DNA of 15,352 bases from Desulfurococcaceae archaeon (GTDB lineage Archaea; Thermoproteota; Thermoprotei_A; Sulfolobales; Desulfurococcaceae). The position numbers and the translations under genes were made by a program. The notes below the pieces were generated by a model. It was not told the origin of the DNA. It saw only the letters and a program-made list of their open reading frames with translations, and made no database searches. Positions 1 to 8,188 of the stretch are shown piece after piece. Location of the stretch: positions 1-15,352 of the forward strand of contig JAWAJB010000020.1 of the NCBI GenBank assembly GCA_038888155.1, written 5' to 3'. Position 1 is the first letter of the stretch, and the number at the start of each line of letters is the position of its first letter.

Positions 1-1
1 G

Positions 2-382
2 AGACCCGTTAGAGAATACTCCAGTAGGCTGCTTCACTTAAATCCACGGATCCTATATGAAACAATGCTTAGCAGGAGTATTCCAATAAAGGGGGATGAA
101 GGCTTTAAGCCTGAGACGTATGACGTAGTGATTATTGCTACACCGATCTGGTGGGGTATGGAGGCTCCTCCAATACGCTCATTCGTACAAAAGTACGCAA
201 GCTTAATAAAAACTCCAACATACTGCATTGCTACAGCTGATCTTCCAATAGATTATGCGTCTAAACTAATGAAAACCCTTGAAACACAAGGCTATAGAGT
301 TAAAGAGTGCATACAAGTTGTAGAATTTGAAAAGGATCGAAGTAAAATAGATGCAATGCTTAATAAATTTCGTAAAACATAG
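2..382 (+). CDS. Flavodoxin-like protein, 5'-partial (frame is open to the window edge)
   Basis: The frame of ORF 65..382 has no stop back to position 2 (RPVREYSSRLLHLNPRILYETMLSRSIPI...). YDVVIIATPIWWGMEAPPIRSFV matches the flavodoxin 'YD.i.igtPiWw....ppv.sF' motif. Confidence 0.8.
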   Translation, partial: RPVREYSSRLLHLNPRILYETMLSRSIPIKGDEGFKPETYDVVIIATPIWWGMEAPPIRSFVQKYASLIKTPTYCIATADLPIDYASKLMKTLETQGYRVKECIQVVEFEKDRSKIDAMLNKFRKT

Positions 383-418
383 AACGCTAAAATAGGGCTA
401 AAGCAAGAGGGATATTCA

Positions 419-525
419 GCCGGGGTGCCCGAGCGGCCTAAGGGGGAGGGCTCGAGGCCATTCCAGTAGGTAAGAGACCCTCTGCTCCCTCAGGGGGCAC
501 GCGGGTTCAAATCCCGCCCCCGGCG
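419..525 (+). tRNA. tRNA-Ser(CGA) with a 20-nt intron at canonical position 37/38 (457-476); CCA not encoded
   Basis: Acceptor stem GCCGGGG/CCCCGGC with discriminator G525. D arm CCC..GGG. Anticodon stem GAGGG(446-450)/CCCTC(478-482), anticodon CGA at 453-455. Long variable arm GCTCCC-TCA-GGGGGC. T arm GCGGG-TTCAAAT-CCCGC. Confidence 0.95.
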
Positions 526-563
526 TATCATAAGAATTGTTGAAGCTCACGCTAAACCTAAGT

Positions 564-577
564 AAACCTTATTAAAT
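564..577 (+). promoter_or_regulatory. Putative BRE/TATA promoter of tRNA-Leu(CAG)
   Basis: AAACC-TTATTAAAT ends about 37 nt upstream of the mature tRNA 5' end. Confidence 0.4.
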
Positions 578-613
578 CTCAATAATTATGGTAAGTAAAT
601 GGAGGTTCTTAGT

Positions 614-698
614 GCGGGGGTGCCCGAGCATGGTCAAAGGGGTCGGGCTCAGGACCCGATGGCGTAGGCCTGCGTGGGTTCAAATCCCACCCCCCGCA
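614..698 (+). tRNA. tRNA-Leu(CAG), intronless; probable integration site
   Basis: Acceptor stem GCGGGGG/CCCCCGC with discriminator A698. Anticodon arm TCGGG-CT-CAG-GA-CCCGA. Leu-type variable arm TGGCGTAGGCCTGC. T arm GTGGG-TTCAAAT-CCCAC. Confidence 0.97.
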
Positions 699-765
699 CT
701 AACTTACCGGAAATTAAATACTTGAACGCTGTTTGTTTTTGTGATATTGGTTTGTGAAACTGAAT

Positions 766-1275
766 ATGAGTAAAACACGTACGATTAAGAATCGCGCCAT
801 TTACGTTTATTTGCCTAGCTCTAAGGATTAGAGGCGGCGGGCTGAGAAGGCTAGTGTTTCGATTTCGAGGTTTGTTGTTGAGCGAGTTGAGGATTCTATT
901 AGCTGTGAGGAGGGTGATGAGGACTATCTTAGCAGGGCTGAGCTTGTTAAAAGGTTGAGGAATGCCGAGGAGGAGTTGAAGAGACTACGTGAGGAGAACA
1001 GGTTTTTGAAAAAGGTTTGCTGAAAACTTGGATAATGAGCTTAAGCGTTGTAGGATCAAGCCATTCTTGGAGGAAGCTTTTGAGGACGTGATGCGTTTCG
1101 ATAAAGACCTTATGGAGCTGCTTAGGAGAGGCAAATCCTATACTCGGGGGCTGATTCTAGCCTACCTAAACATAGACCCCCTCCGAGATTGAGCTGGCTA
1201 AGGCGTTGAGCAAGCAGCTTGAGGCCTTAGAGGCCTAGTCGAGTACAAGGAAGGGACTGGAAGTGGATAGGCTAA
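766..1275 (+). pseudogene. Integrase-associated putative DNA-binding protein (RHH-like N-terminus, coiled coil, possible C-terminal winged helix), disrupted
   Basis: Manual translation gives MSKTRTIKNRAIYVYLPSSKD*RRRAEKASVSISRFVVERVEDSI..YLSRAELVKRLRNAEEELKRLREENR. There is a TAG at 829-831 and a frameshift near 1010-1020. It continues ENLDNELKRCRIKPFLEE..DKDLMELLRRG..ELAKALSKQLEALE..WKWIG*, with TAA at 1273-1275. Confidence 0.75.
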
Positions 1276-2212
1276 GTCTGAAAGCTGTTCAAAAGCCCTC
1301 AGCCCTTATTGAGGATCTTAATGGGGACTGTAGGCTTAGGGGCATGACCTACAAAGTATAAGGAGATACCTTTCAAGCCTACGAATATTTACAAAATTCC
1401 TTGAAAAATTGGGGCCTCAGCATAAATGACGTATATGTTGGGGTGTTTAGGGATTTCTTACAACGCATCATTTATGAGCGGATGGCTAAGTGCAAGACTG
1501 TTGAGAACTACTTCTCCGCGCTTTCAGCCTTCTACGATTGCTTGGCATTTGAAGGTTGCGTTGCCAGCAACATCATACTGCTATTTAGAAAGAGGCATCT
1601 GAAACGCTACAAGAACGGTTATGACGATCGGAAAGGGAACTCCTCACAGTTGAGGATATGAGTTACCTCATAAACTCAATACTTGACCAAAGGAACAAGG
1701 CCATAGCCACATTGTTGGCAAACAGGGATAAGGAGGGGCGAGCTTTTAAGGCTTGACGTTGATGACGTAAACTAGGCTGAATATTCTATAACGCTTAAGT
1801 TCACACCCAAAAGAAGCAACAGAATAGTGTTCTTTGATGATGAATGCGCAGCTGTGCTTAGAAGGTGGCTTAAAGTGAAGGAGAAGCTGAACCCGCCAAC
1901 AAAAGCGCTCTTCATAAGCTACCAAAGCTTATGAAGGCTTGATAGAATCGGCCTATATACAGCCATAGTCAAATATGCGAAGAACTAGGCTTCCACAACC
2001 CAAACTCGCTGAGGCTGGAGGACCGCTTCGAACCCCACAGCTTCCGCCACTGGTTCACAACATGGCTCCTAAGAAACTGCATGCCACGTAGATACGTGAA
2101 AGAACTAAAAGGCGACAAGCGCCGGAAAGCCATAGATACATACCGCAACATAGACAAATAAGAACTAAAAAAGGCATACCCAGCATGTATACCAAAACTA
2201 GGAATCACATAG
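1263..2212 (+). pseudogene. Tyrosine recombinase/integrase, multiply frameshifted
   Basis: Core-binding-like segment DCRLRGMT..SIRRYLSSLRIF..KTVENYFSALSAFYD. Catalytic motifs TGIRRGEL (1722-1745), TPKRSNR and HSFRH (2036-2050), then ELKGD..AIDTY with Tyr at 2141. Several in-frame stops (e.g. TAA 2159-2161) and frameshifts. Ends IPKLGIT* at 2212. Confidence 0.92.
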
Positions 2213-2292
2213 CTGAACAGTCTAAACCATCCGCGTAAGCTACCTCTAAAATACTCCTTTATCCTCAAACATTGAGAAAAGGCTAAATTGAG

Positions 2293-2424
2293 CTTCTTTT
2301 CATTCAGAAATGAGCAAGAAGTACGCGGAAAACCTCACTTGCTACTAGAATTTCTTTTGCTGCAAACCACAAACAAAAGGCGTGGGGAACACCGGCTGAA
2401 AACGCCTTGAGGACAAACTCCGTT
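2293..2424 (+). ncRNA. Candidate IS110 bridge-RNA-like structured non-coding left end
   Basis: Hairpin at 2293-2321, followed by nested stems GCGGA/TCCGT (2325-29/2419-23), CCTCA/TGAGG (2333-37/2408-12), TTGC/GCAA (2339-42/2362-65) and AGGCGT/ACGCCT (2378-83/2402-07). The position upstream of the transposase fits the IS110 group. Confidence 0.45.
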
Positions 2425-3194
2425 ATGAAAGCGCATATTCGAAATGGACGTGCACAAAGATGCACTCGTAACAACCATAAAAACAGAGGAAGGCGAAGAA
2501 ACAAGATGGAGCAGCGTCGGCGTTCGAGATCTCAAAAACCTAATGGACTGACTAAGATGGAAAGGATGTCTAAAAGGCGTAGTGGAATCCTCTGGAATCT
2601 ACTGGATTCTAATCCACGTAATGCTGACAGATAATTGGTTCCAATTCACCGTAGCGAACGCCCATCAAGTGAAGGCAATCCCCGGCAGAAAAGCAGACGA
2701 GCTGGACTCACAATGGCTAGCACGCGTTTTCAGCGCAGGACTAGTTAAACCATCATATATACTGGAAAGGAAGATTATGGAGCCAAGATACCTAACAAGA
2801 CTCAGAGTGTCGCTTCTAGAATCGCGCAACATACCAATCAGCTGGGAAAACGGCAAAAACTGGACGTATAACAAAAAGGGGAACAAATGGTTAAGGAGAA
2901 TGCTTGTCCAATGCGCTATGGTAGCCATAAAAACAAGAAAAAGCCAAATCAAGCAGTTCTACTTAAGAATAAGGGGTAGGAGAGGCCGTAGGACAGCCAT
3001 AGTAGCCACAGCAAGAAAGCTGCTAGGCATAATATGGCACTTGCTTAAAACAGGAGAAGAATACATAGATAAACACTACGTCAAAAAGACTCTGAAGAAG
3101 TCGAGGAAGAAGAACACTCAAACAAGCTCTGGAAGAAGCAATACTGCTACTTAGACAAGCAGGATACACCGTCATAGCGCCAAGCACAGGATAA
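2425..3194 (+). pseudogene. IS110-family DEDD transposase/recombinase, internally deleted and frameshifted
   Basis: RuvC-like DEDD motifs (KRIFE)MDVHKD, VVESSGIYW and PGRKADELDSQWLA, with a TGA at 2549-2551. The catalytic-Ser motif YQSAGK..TGRITKRG lies in a shifted frame at 2832-2882. It is followed by GNKWLRRMLVQCA..AIVATARKLL..IWHLL and a tail ALEEAILLLRQAGYTVIAPSTG* ending at 3194. Confidence 0.92.
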
Positions 3195-3394
3195 ATCGAG
3201 GCAAAAGCTATTCTGGCAAATTCATCTAAAACAATGACCGCTCTCATAAAGCCTGAAAACAAACGAAGGTTGACATGCCAACTTTATTTTAACGATCCTT
3301 TTACATAGCCTAGAATTTACTCAAGGGCGTTTCCCACTATTTTATTTATGTCTCCATTACGCCATCAATTGCAATGATCATTTCTTTTCTCCTT

Positions 3395-3422
3395 ATTCTT
3401 AATAGGGATAATTCTTAATAGG
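3395..3422 (+). repeat. 12-bp direct repeat ATTCTTAATAGG x2 (16-bp period)
   Basis: Exact copies at 3395-3406 and 3411-3422. Confidence 0.8.
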
Positions 3423-3627
3423 AATACATAGAAGTGCGTGAAAAGGTAGCAAGCTGTTAACAAAGAGATTGCAAGCAGGGCAAGGTTAAAAACATAAGCG
3501 ATTACCTCAGCTATCTATGTAAAAGAATTCGTCTGAATAGAATGACATAAGTACAACTGAAAGGATGATTAGCCCCACAGATACTGATAACCTTAACTTT
3601 AAATGAACGGCAAATACAAATTTTGCG

Positions 3628-3643
3628 CGAAACATCTTATATG
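3628..3643 (+). promoter_or_regulatory. Putative BRE/TATA for a leaderless permease transcript
   Basis: CGAAA..CTTATATG, with the TATA element starting 27 nt before the ATG at 3664. Confidence 0.4.
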
Positions 3644-3663
3644 CAACATTTATTTTAACTTTA

Positions 3664-4976
3664 ATGTCTAAAGTTGAACTTAAGTCAGAGCTTACGCTTT
3701 TTGATGTGACGAACCTTGTCGTGGGAGCTATAATAGGGGCTGACATATACGTGGCATCAGCATTCGGAGCAGGCCTTCTAGGCTTTTCTCGCTGGTAGCG
3801 TAGATCATAGCTGGAATTATAGCCATCGTGATTGCTTTGTGTTTTGCTCAGTGTGCCACCCTGCTGCCGAAAGTTGGCGGGCCATATGCATACGCCCACG
3901 CGGCATGGAGAACCCCTGCGGGTTTTTTATTGTCGGCTGGTTGCTTTGGTTTGCTGAATGGATGCCACTGGCCGTTTTTCCAGTAACCTTTACTCAGTAT
4001 TTGATGTTCTTTCTTGCCAAGTCTTGACAGGAGTTCTCAAGTCCCCAAATACAGCTACGTTCATCATGAACCTTTCACCATTTACTCGATTTGGCATCGT
4101 CAATTTTGGGTTGGCTCTCGTCTTGATATTCTGGGCGTACGCTGGATTTGAAATTTCAACAATTCTGGCAGAGGAGATTGGAAACCAAGCAGAACAATTC
4201 CAAAAGACATAGTTTTAGGAGTATTAATAGTGACCGTCTTCTACTTAACAACGAACGCTGCACTTTTTGGCGTAAGGCCATGGAGGTTGCTGGCTCTGGG
4301 CAATGTACCTCTGGCTACTGCAACGAGTGTAGTGTTAAGTTCAAATTCAACATTAGCCACGGTTAGAGGAGCCATAGTCGGTGCTGGGGCCCTCATTTCC
4401 GTTACTGGTTCCAACGAGTGGAGAATGATGGAGGCTTCAAGACTTGGATATGTACTGGCTGCTAATGATCTGGTTCCACAAATCTTCGCCAAAACTCATC
4501 CAAGAATTTAAGACGCCTTACCTAGGAATCATGATACAAGCAGTTACAGCGCTCGTAACAGCAATCGTTGGTAATTTATGTATGCTGATAGCCATTTCAG
4601 TGCTTTTATGGCAATTGCTCACTTGGCGACAAGCGCATCAATCCTCTCTTTGCACAGCAAAGGTGCAAAAGCTCAGTTTCAATCTAAAGGAGGTTTACTT
4701 ATTCCAAGCCTAGGAGTAATTTTCTCTCTTTACCTAATCACGCAACGCGCGTTCACTTAAATTGCGCTGTGTTTAGCCTTGCCTTCCGTAGGCATGCCTA
4801 TCTACATCAAATATTCTCTGAAGAAAGAAATTGCTGAACTTAAAGAGGCGTTACTTTCCCGAGAATCCATATTGAAAAGAGCCTACAGCCAAGAGGAGGA
4901 GGTTTTTAGCTCACAGTTTACGGCATATAAAGAGGTTCTACAGAATAATCACTGGCAAGAAATATACATGAAATAA
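3664..4976 (+). pseudogene. APC-superfamily amino acid permease, multiply frameshifted
   Basis: Segments MSKVELKSELTLFDVTNLVVGAIIGADIYVASAFGAGLLG (TM1), ALCFAQCATLLPKVGGPYAYA, IFWAYAGFEISTILAEEI (TM6) and SRLGYVLAANDLVPQIFAKTHP/EFKTPYLGIMIQ. They are split across ORFs 3839, 3958, 4230, 4444, 4578 and 4779. Confidence 0.93.
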
Positions 4977-5162
4977 AGCTGATTCGTGAAAGCCTTACAA
5001 CAGTATTAAATGTGAGTATCAAAGAGACTATTCAAGCTGGTATATATGCTGAATGAGTTGTCTCCTGAAAAGCTCATGTATTCTGTTAACGATGACTAAA
5101 CGAATGAAGTTTGCACGTTTTATGGAGCTATCCTTTAAGTAGGAGTTCTTGGTATTCCTGGT

Positions 5163-5506
5163 TTACTTTTCTATTTTTCCCCCTTCAAGGGTTCCACTTA
5201 CTTTATGCCACTCTTTGATTACTTTTGGCCACAGTTCACTGGCCATCAGCTATTTTGTTACGTATTCTTTTTAGTGGTTTTCTCGCTTTATTTTTCCTTG
5301 GTGCTACTCGAAACTTATGAGTTCTGCGCATTTCAAGTACGGATTATGCGGCCTATTTGGTCGTAGTCGAGTGGATGTTCCATGCTTCTTTCTAGGTCTT
5401 CTAAGAGGGAGTCAACTGTTATTTCGTCTTCTGAGCGTAGACAGATGGTGGCTATAACATTTTGGGTGAGTTTTGCAGTCTTGGTGAGATATATCCCAAT
5501 CTTTTT
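5163..5506 (-). pseudogene. Decayed C-terminal extension of the MgtA ATPase (out of frame)
   Basis: An alternative frame from the A5 run at 5502-5506 reads KIGIYLTKTAKLTQNVIATICLRSEDEITVDSLLEDLERSMEHPLDYDQIGRII. After a shift it reads YLKCAELISFE*HQGKIKRENH*KEYVTK*LMASELWPKVIKEWHKVSGTLEGGKIEK*. Confidence 0.6.
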
Positions 5507-8121
5507 GGCGAAATAAGGGTTTGTTCTAGGCGGTAACCATATCTTTTGTAAAACCAGCTTTTAATGATTTCAACTAACGCCATGTAGGCGCCGAGGATCG
5601 CGACTAATGCTATGTAGAAGGTTGGTGGAGGCTTTACAAATCTGAAAATTCCTCCTAGCGGCGTGTAAGGAAGTATCAGCGCGGTTGCTATTACTGCTAT
5701 GCTGCTAAGGAGCAAAAGTCGACTCGGCTTGCTCTTCCAGAAAGGCGACTCCTTTGTTCTAATGGCAAAGATTACAAGGGTCTGCGAGGTTAGGGATTCG
5801 ATGAACCAAGCAGTTTGGAACAGCGGCTCAGAAGCGTTAAAGATGAAAAGCATTATAAAGAATGTTAGGAAGTCGAAGAGTGAACTAACTGGTCCAAAGC
5901 ACACCATGAACTGTCTAACGAAGTGTATGTCCCACTTCTTAGGCTTCTCAATGTATTCTCGATCAACCTCGTCCATGGGTATTACTGACTGCGAAAAGTC
6001 GTAGAGCATGTTGTTAAGCAGTATCTGTATGGGCAGCATCGGCAGAAAAGGCAGAAATAGTGACGCGCCGGCAACACTGAACATGTTTCCAAAGTTTGAG
6101 CTTATAGCCATTAGAATATACTTCATGGTGTTGCCGAAGGTTTTTCTGCCCTCTAAAACTCCATTATGAAGCACCCTTAAATCATTCTGTAAAAGAATTA
6201 TATCGGCAGATTCCTTGGCAACATCAACAGCGTTTTCCACAGATATGCCAACGTCCGCACTTTTTAGGGATGGCGCATCGTTGATCCCATCGCCCAGAAA
6301 CCCAACAACATGCCCATTACTTCTTAGAGCGTTTATTATTCTATTTTTCTGGGCTGGTGTAAGCCTGCAGAACACATTTGCTTCTTCGACAACTCTTGTG
6401 AGGGCGTCATCATGCATTTGGGCAATTTCACTTCCAGTAACTACTTTTTTTATGTCGAAGCCGAGGTACTCGCAAACCTTCCTCGTCACCAGTTCATTGT
6501 CGCCTGTGAGAATTTTCAGTTCTATGCCAGCATTCTTCAGAAGCTGCAAGGCTTCTTTCGCTGTTTCTTTAGGAGGGTCGAGAAAAGCTACGAATCCCAA
6601 AAACACCATTTCCTTTTCATCATTCGCCGTATATACCGGCTTGACTTCTCTTAAACGCTTGTAGGCTACGGCTAAAACCCTGTATCCTTCAGCACTAAGC
6701 TCAACATACTTTTGCTCAATTTTTCTACGGACTTCATCCATTATATCGGCTATAACCCCTCCAACTTCGTAATAAGAGCAGACCTTAGTAACCTCTTCAG
6801 GAGCACCCTTAGTAATCATGAACCGTTGATTCTGATGCTCAACAACTATGGATAGACGTTTACGAACAAAATCAAATGGTACTTCATCAACCTTCCTGTA
6901 ATCCTTAACATCAATCTCTTTAAATCTCAGTATAGCCTCATCTAGGGGGCTTTTAAGCCCAGTCTGGTAGTAGCTATTTAGATAAGAGTAAAGCAGAACC
7001 TTATCGTTTTCAACGCCGTTAAGGTCCACGTGTAGGACAAGCTTTATCCTGTTTTCCGTTAAAGTTCCAGTCTTATCCGTACATAAAACGTCCATGTTTC
7101 CAAAATTCTGTATAGACTCCAAGCGCTTAACGATGACGCCTTTCTTAGCCATTGACACAGCTCCCTTAGATAGGTTTATTGAAACTATCATCGGCAGAAG
7201 CTCCGGCGTTAAGCCAACAGCCAAAGCTACGGCGAAAAGAAGTGAATCAAGCACGCTTCGCTTGTAAAGGGCGTTAATGAAAAACACAAAGATGACAAGC
7301 AGAAAAGTTACTTGCATTATCATGTAGGTAAAACTTCGAATACCCCTCTGGAACTCCGTCTCAACTTTTCTTTCCACAAGTCTCTTCACAATTTTCCCAT
7401 ATTCCGTCAGGCTGCCGGTTTTAACGACGACAGCAGTTGCTGTCCCACTTACAACAGAAGTACCCATAAAGAGATAGTTTCTCCACTCGGTTATCGGGAG
7501 ATCGCTTGATTTAAGGAGTTCAGATGTTTTTTCAACTGGGAAAGATTCGCCAGTCAATGCGGATTGGTCTACAAATAAGTCTTTCGCGCTTATGACTCGG
7601 GCGTCTGCAGGCACAATGTCACCTGCTGAAAGAAATATTATATCTCCTGGAACAATCTCTGCAAGCCTAACCTCCCTTCTAGTGCCATCCCTCAAAACAG
7701 TGGCTGTTGTCGCTACTCTATGCTTTAATATTTCAGCCGCCTTTTCAGCTTCAGACTCCTGATAAAAATCCAAGACCACACTGAACGTCACTATAGTGAA
7801 TATAATAGCCGTGTCCACAACTTCACCAAAAAAGCCTGAAATCAGCCCAGCGATAAGAAGAATTATTATCAACGGACTTTTGAAATGAGAGAGAAAATTA
7901 ATAACAGTTGCCCGTTTCTTTCTCCTAGCAAACTCATTATAGCCGAAAACTCTAAGGCGTCTTTCCGCTTCCTCAGAAGAAAGCCCATTCATTGAAGACT
8001 TCAAACGCGAAAGAAGCTTTTCAACAGGCAAAGTTAAAGCTTCTTCAGTGCCCGGCAATGCCCAGCCTAACTCTTCGCCAACACTCAACCTTTCTAAATC
8101 TTGAACCATCGTCATTCCCAC
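5452..8121 (-). CDS. mgtA: Mg2+-translocating P-type ATPase (P3B)
   Basis: 889 aa with DQSALTGES, AVGLTPELLP, CTDKTGTLT, PFDFVRKR, TKGAPEE, TGD and GDGINDAP. It also has the P3B-typical YILMAISSNFGNMFS and FLPMLPIQILLNNMLYD. Confidence 0.95.
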   Translation of the reverse strand: MGMTMVQDLERLSVGEELGWALPGTEEALTLPVEKLLSRLKSSMNGLSSEEAERRLRVFGYNEFARRKKRATVINFLSHFKSPLIIILLIAGLISGFFGEVVDTAIIFTIVTFSVVLDFYQESEAEKAAEILKHRVATTATVLRDGTRREVRLAEIVPGDIIFLSAGDIVPADARVISAKDLFVDQSALTGESFPVEKTSELLKSSDLPITEWRNYLFMGTSVVSGTATAVVVKTGSLTEYGKIVKRLVERKVETEFQRGIRSFTYMIMQVTFLLVIFVFFINALYKRSVLDSLLFAVALAVGLTPELLPMIVSINLSKGAVSMAKKGVIVKRLESIQNFGNMDVLCTDKTGTLTENRIKLVLHVDLNGVENDKVLLYSYLNSYYQTGLKSPLDEAILRFKEIDVKDYRKVDEVPFDFVRKRLSIVVEHQNQRFMITKGAPEEVTKVCSYYEVGGVIADIMDEVRRKIEQKYVELSAEGYRVLAVAYKRLREVKPVYTANDEKEMVFLGFVAFLDPPKETAKEALQLLKNAGIELKILTGDNELVTRKVCEYLGFDIKKVVTGSEIAQMHDDALTRVVEEANVFCRLTPAQKNRIINALRSNGHVVGFLGDGINDAPSLKSADVGISVENAVDVAKESADIILLQNDLRVLHNGVLEGRKTFGNTMKYILMAISSNFGNMFSVAGASLFLPFLPMLPIQILLNNMLYDFSQSVIPMDEVDREYIEKPKKWDIHFVRQFMVCFGPVSSLFDFLTFFIMLFIFNASEPLFQTAWFIESLTSQTLVIFAIRTKESPFWKSKPSRLLLLSSIAVIATALILPYTPLGGIFRFVKPPPTFYIALVAILGAYMALVEIIKSWFYKRYGYRLEQTLISPKRLGYISPRLQNSPKML

Positions 8122-8173
8122 GATCCATTCTCATCAAACAACCCCTAAAGCCGGGCTCTTACATTCTTACAAA

Positions 8174-8188
8174 CTATAAAATTCTTTC
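8174..8188 (-). promoter_or_regulatory. Putative BRE/TATA promoter of mgtA
   Basis: The minus strand reads GAAAGAA-TTTTATAG about 55 nt upstream of the start codon. Confidence 0.45.

Larger units (their letters stand above)
2293..3310 (+). mobile_element. IS110-family element remnant; ends approximate
   Basis: An IS110 transposase pseudogene is flanked by ~130 nt and ~115 nt of non-coding sequence. Similar motifs CTTTTCATT (2296-2304) and CTTTTACATA (3298-3307) lie at the presumed ends. No terminal inverted repeats, as is usual for the IS110 group. Confidence 0.6.

Noticed and set aside
34-228. 64-aa minus-strand ORF
   Set aside because: Antisense to the flavodoxin-like gene.
1969-3262. Minus-strand ORFs 1969-2268, 2304-2504, 2335-2535, 2665-2952 and 3023-3262, and plus ORF 2407-2634
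   Set aside because: Antisense or off-frame to the integrase and IS110 pseudogenes.
3507-4492. ORFs 3507-3899(-), 4148-4366(+) and 4241-4492(-)
   Set aside because: Antisense or off-frame to the APC permease pseudogene.
766-4976. In-frame TAG/TGA codons as possible pyrrolysine, selenocysteine or recoding
   Set aside because: They co-occur with TAA stops, frameshifts and deletions, and some fall at likely Trp codons (TGG>TAG/TGA). This is ordinary decay.
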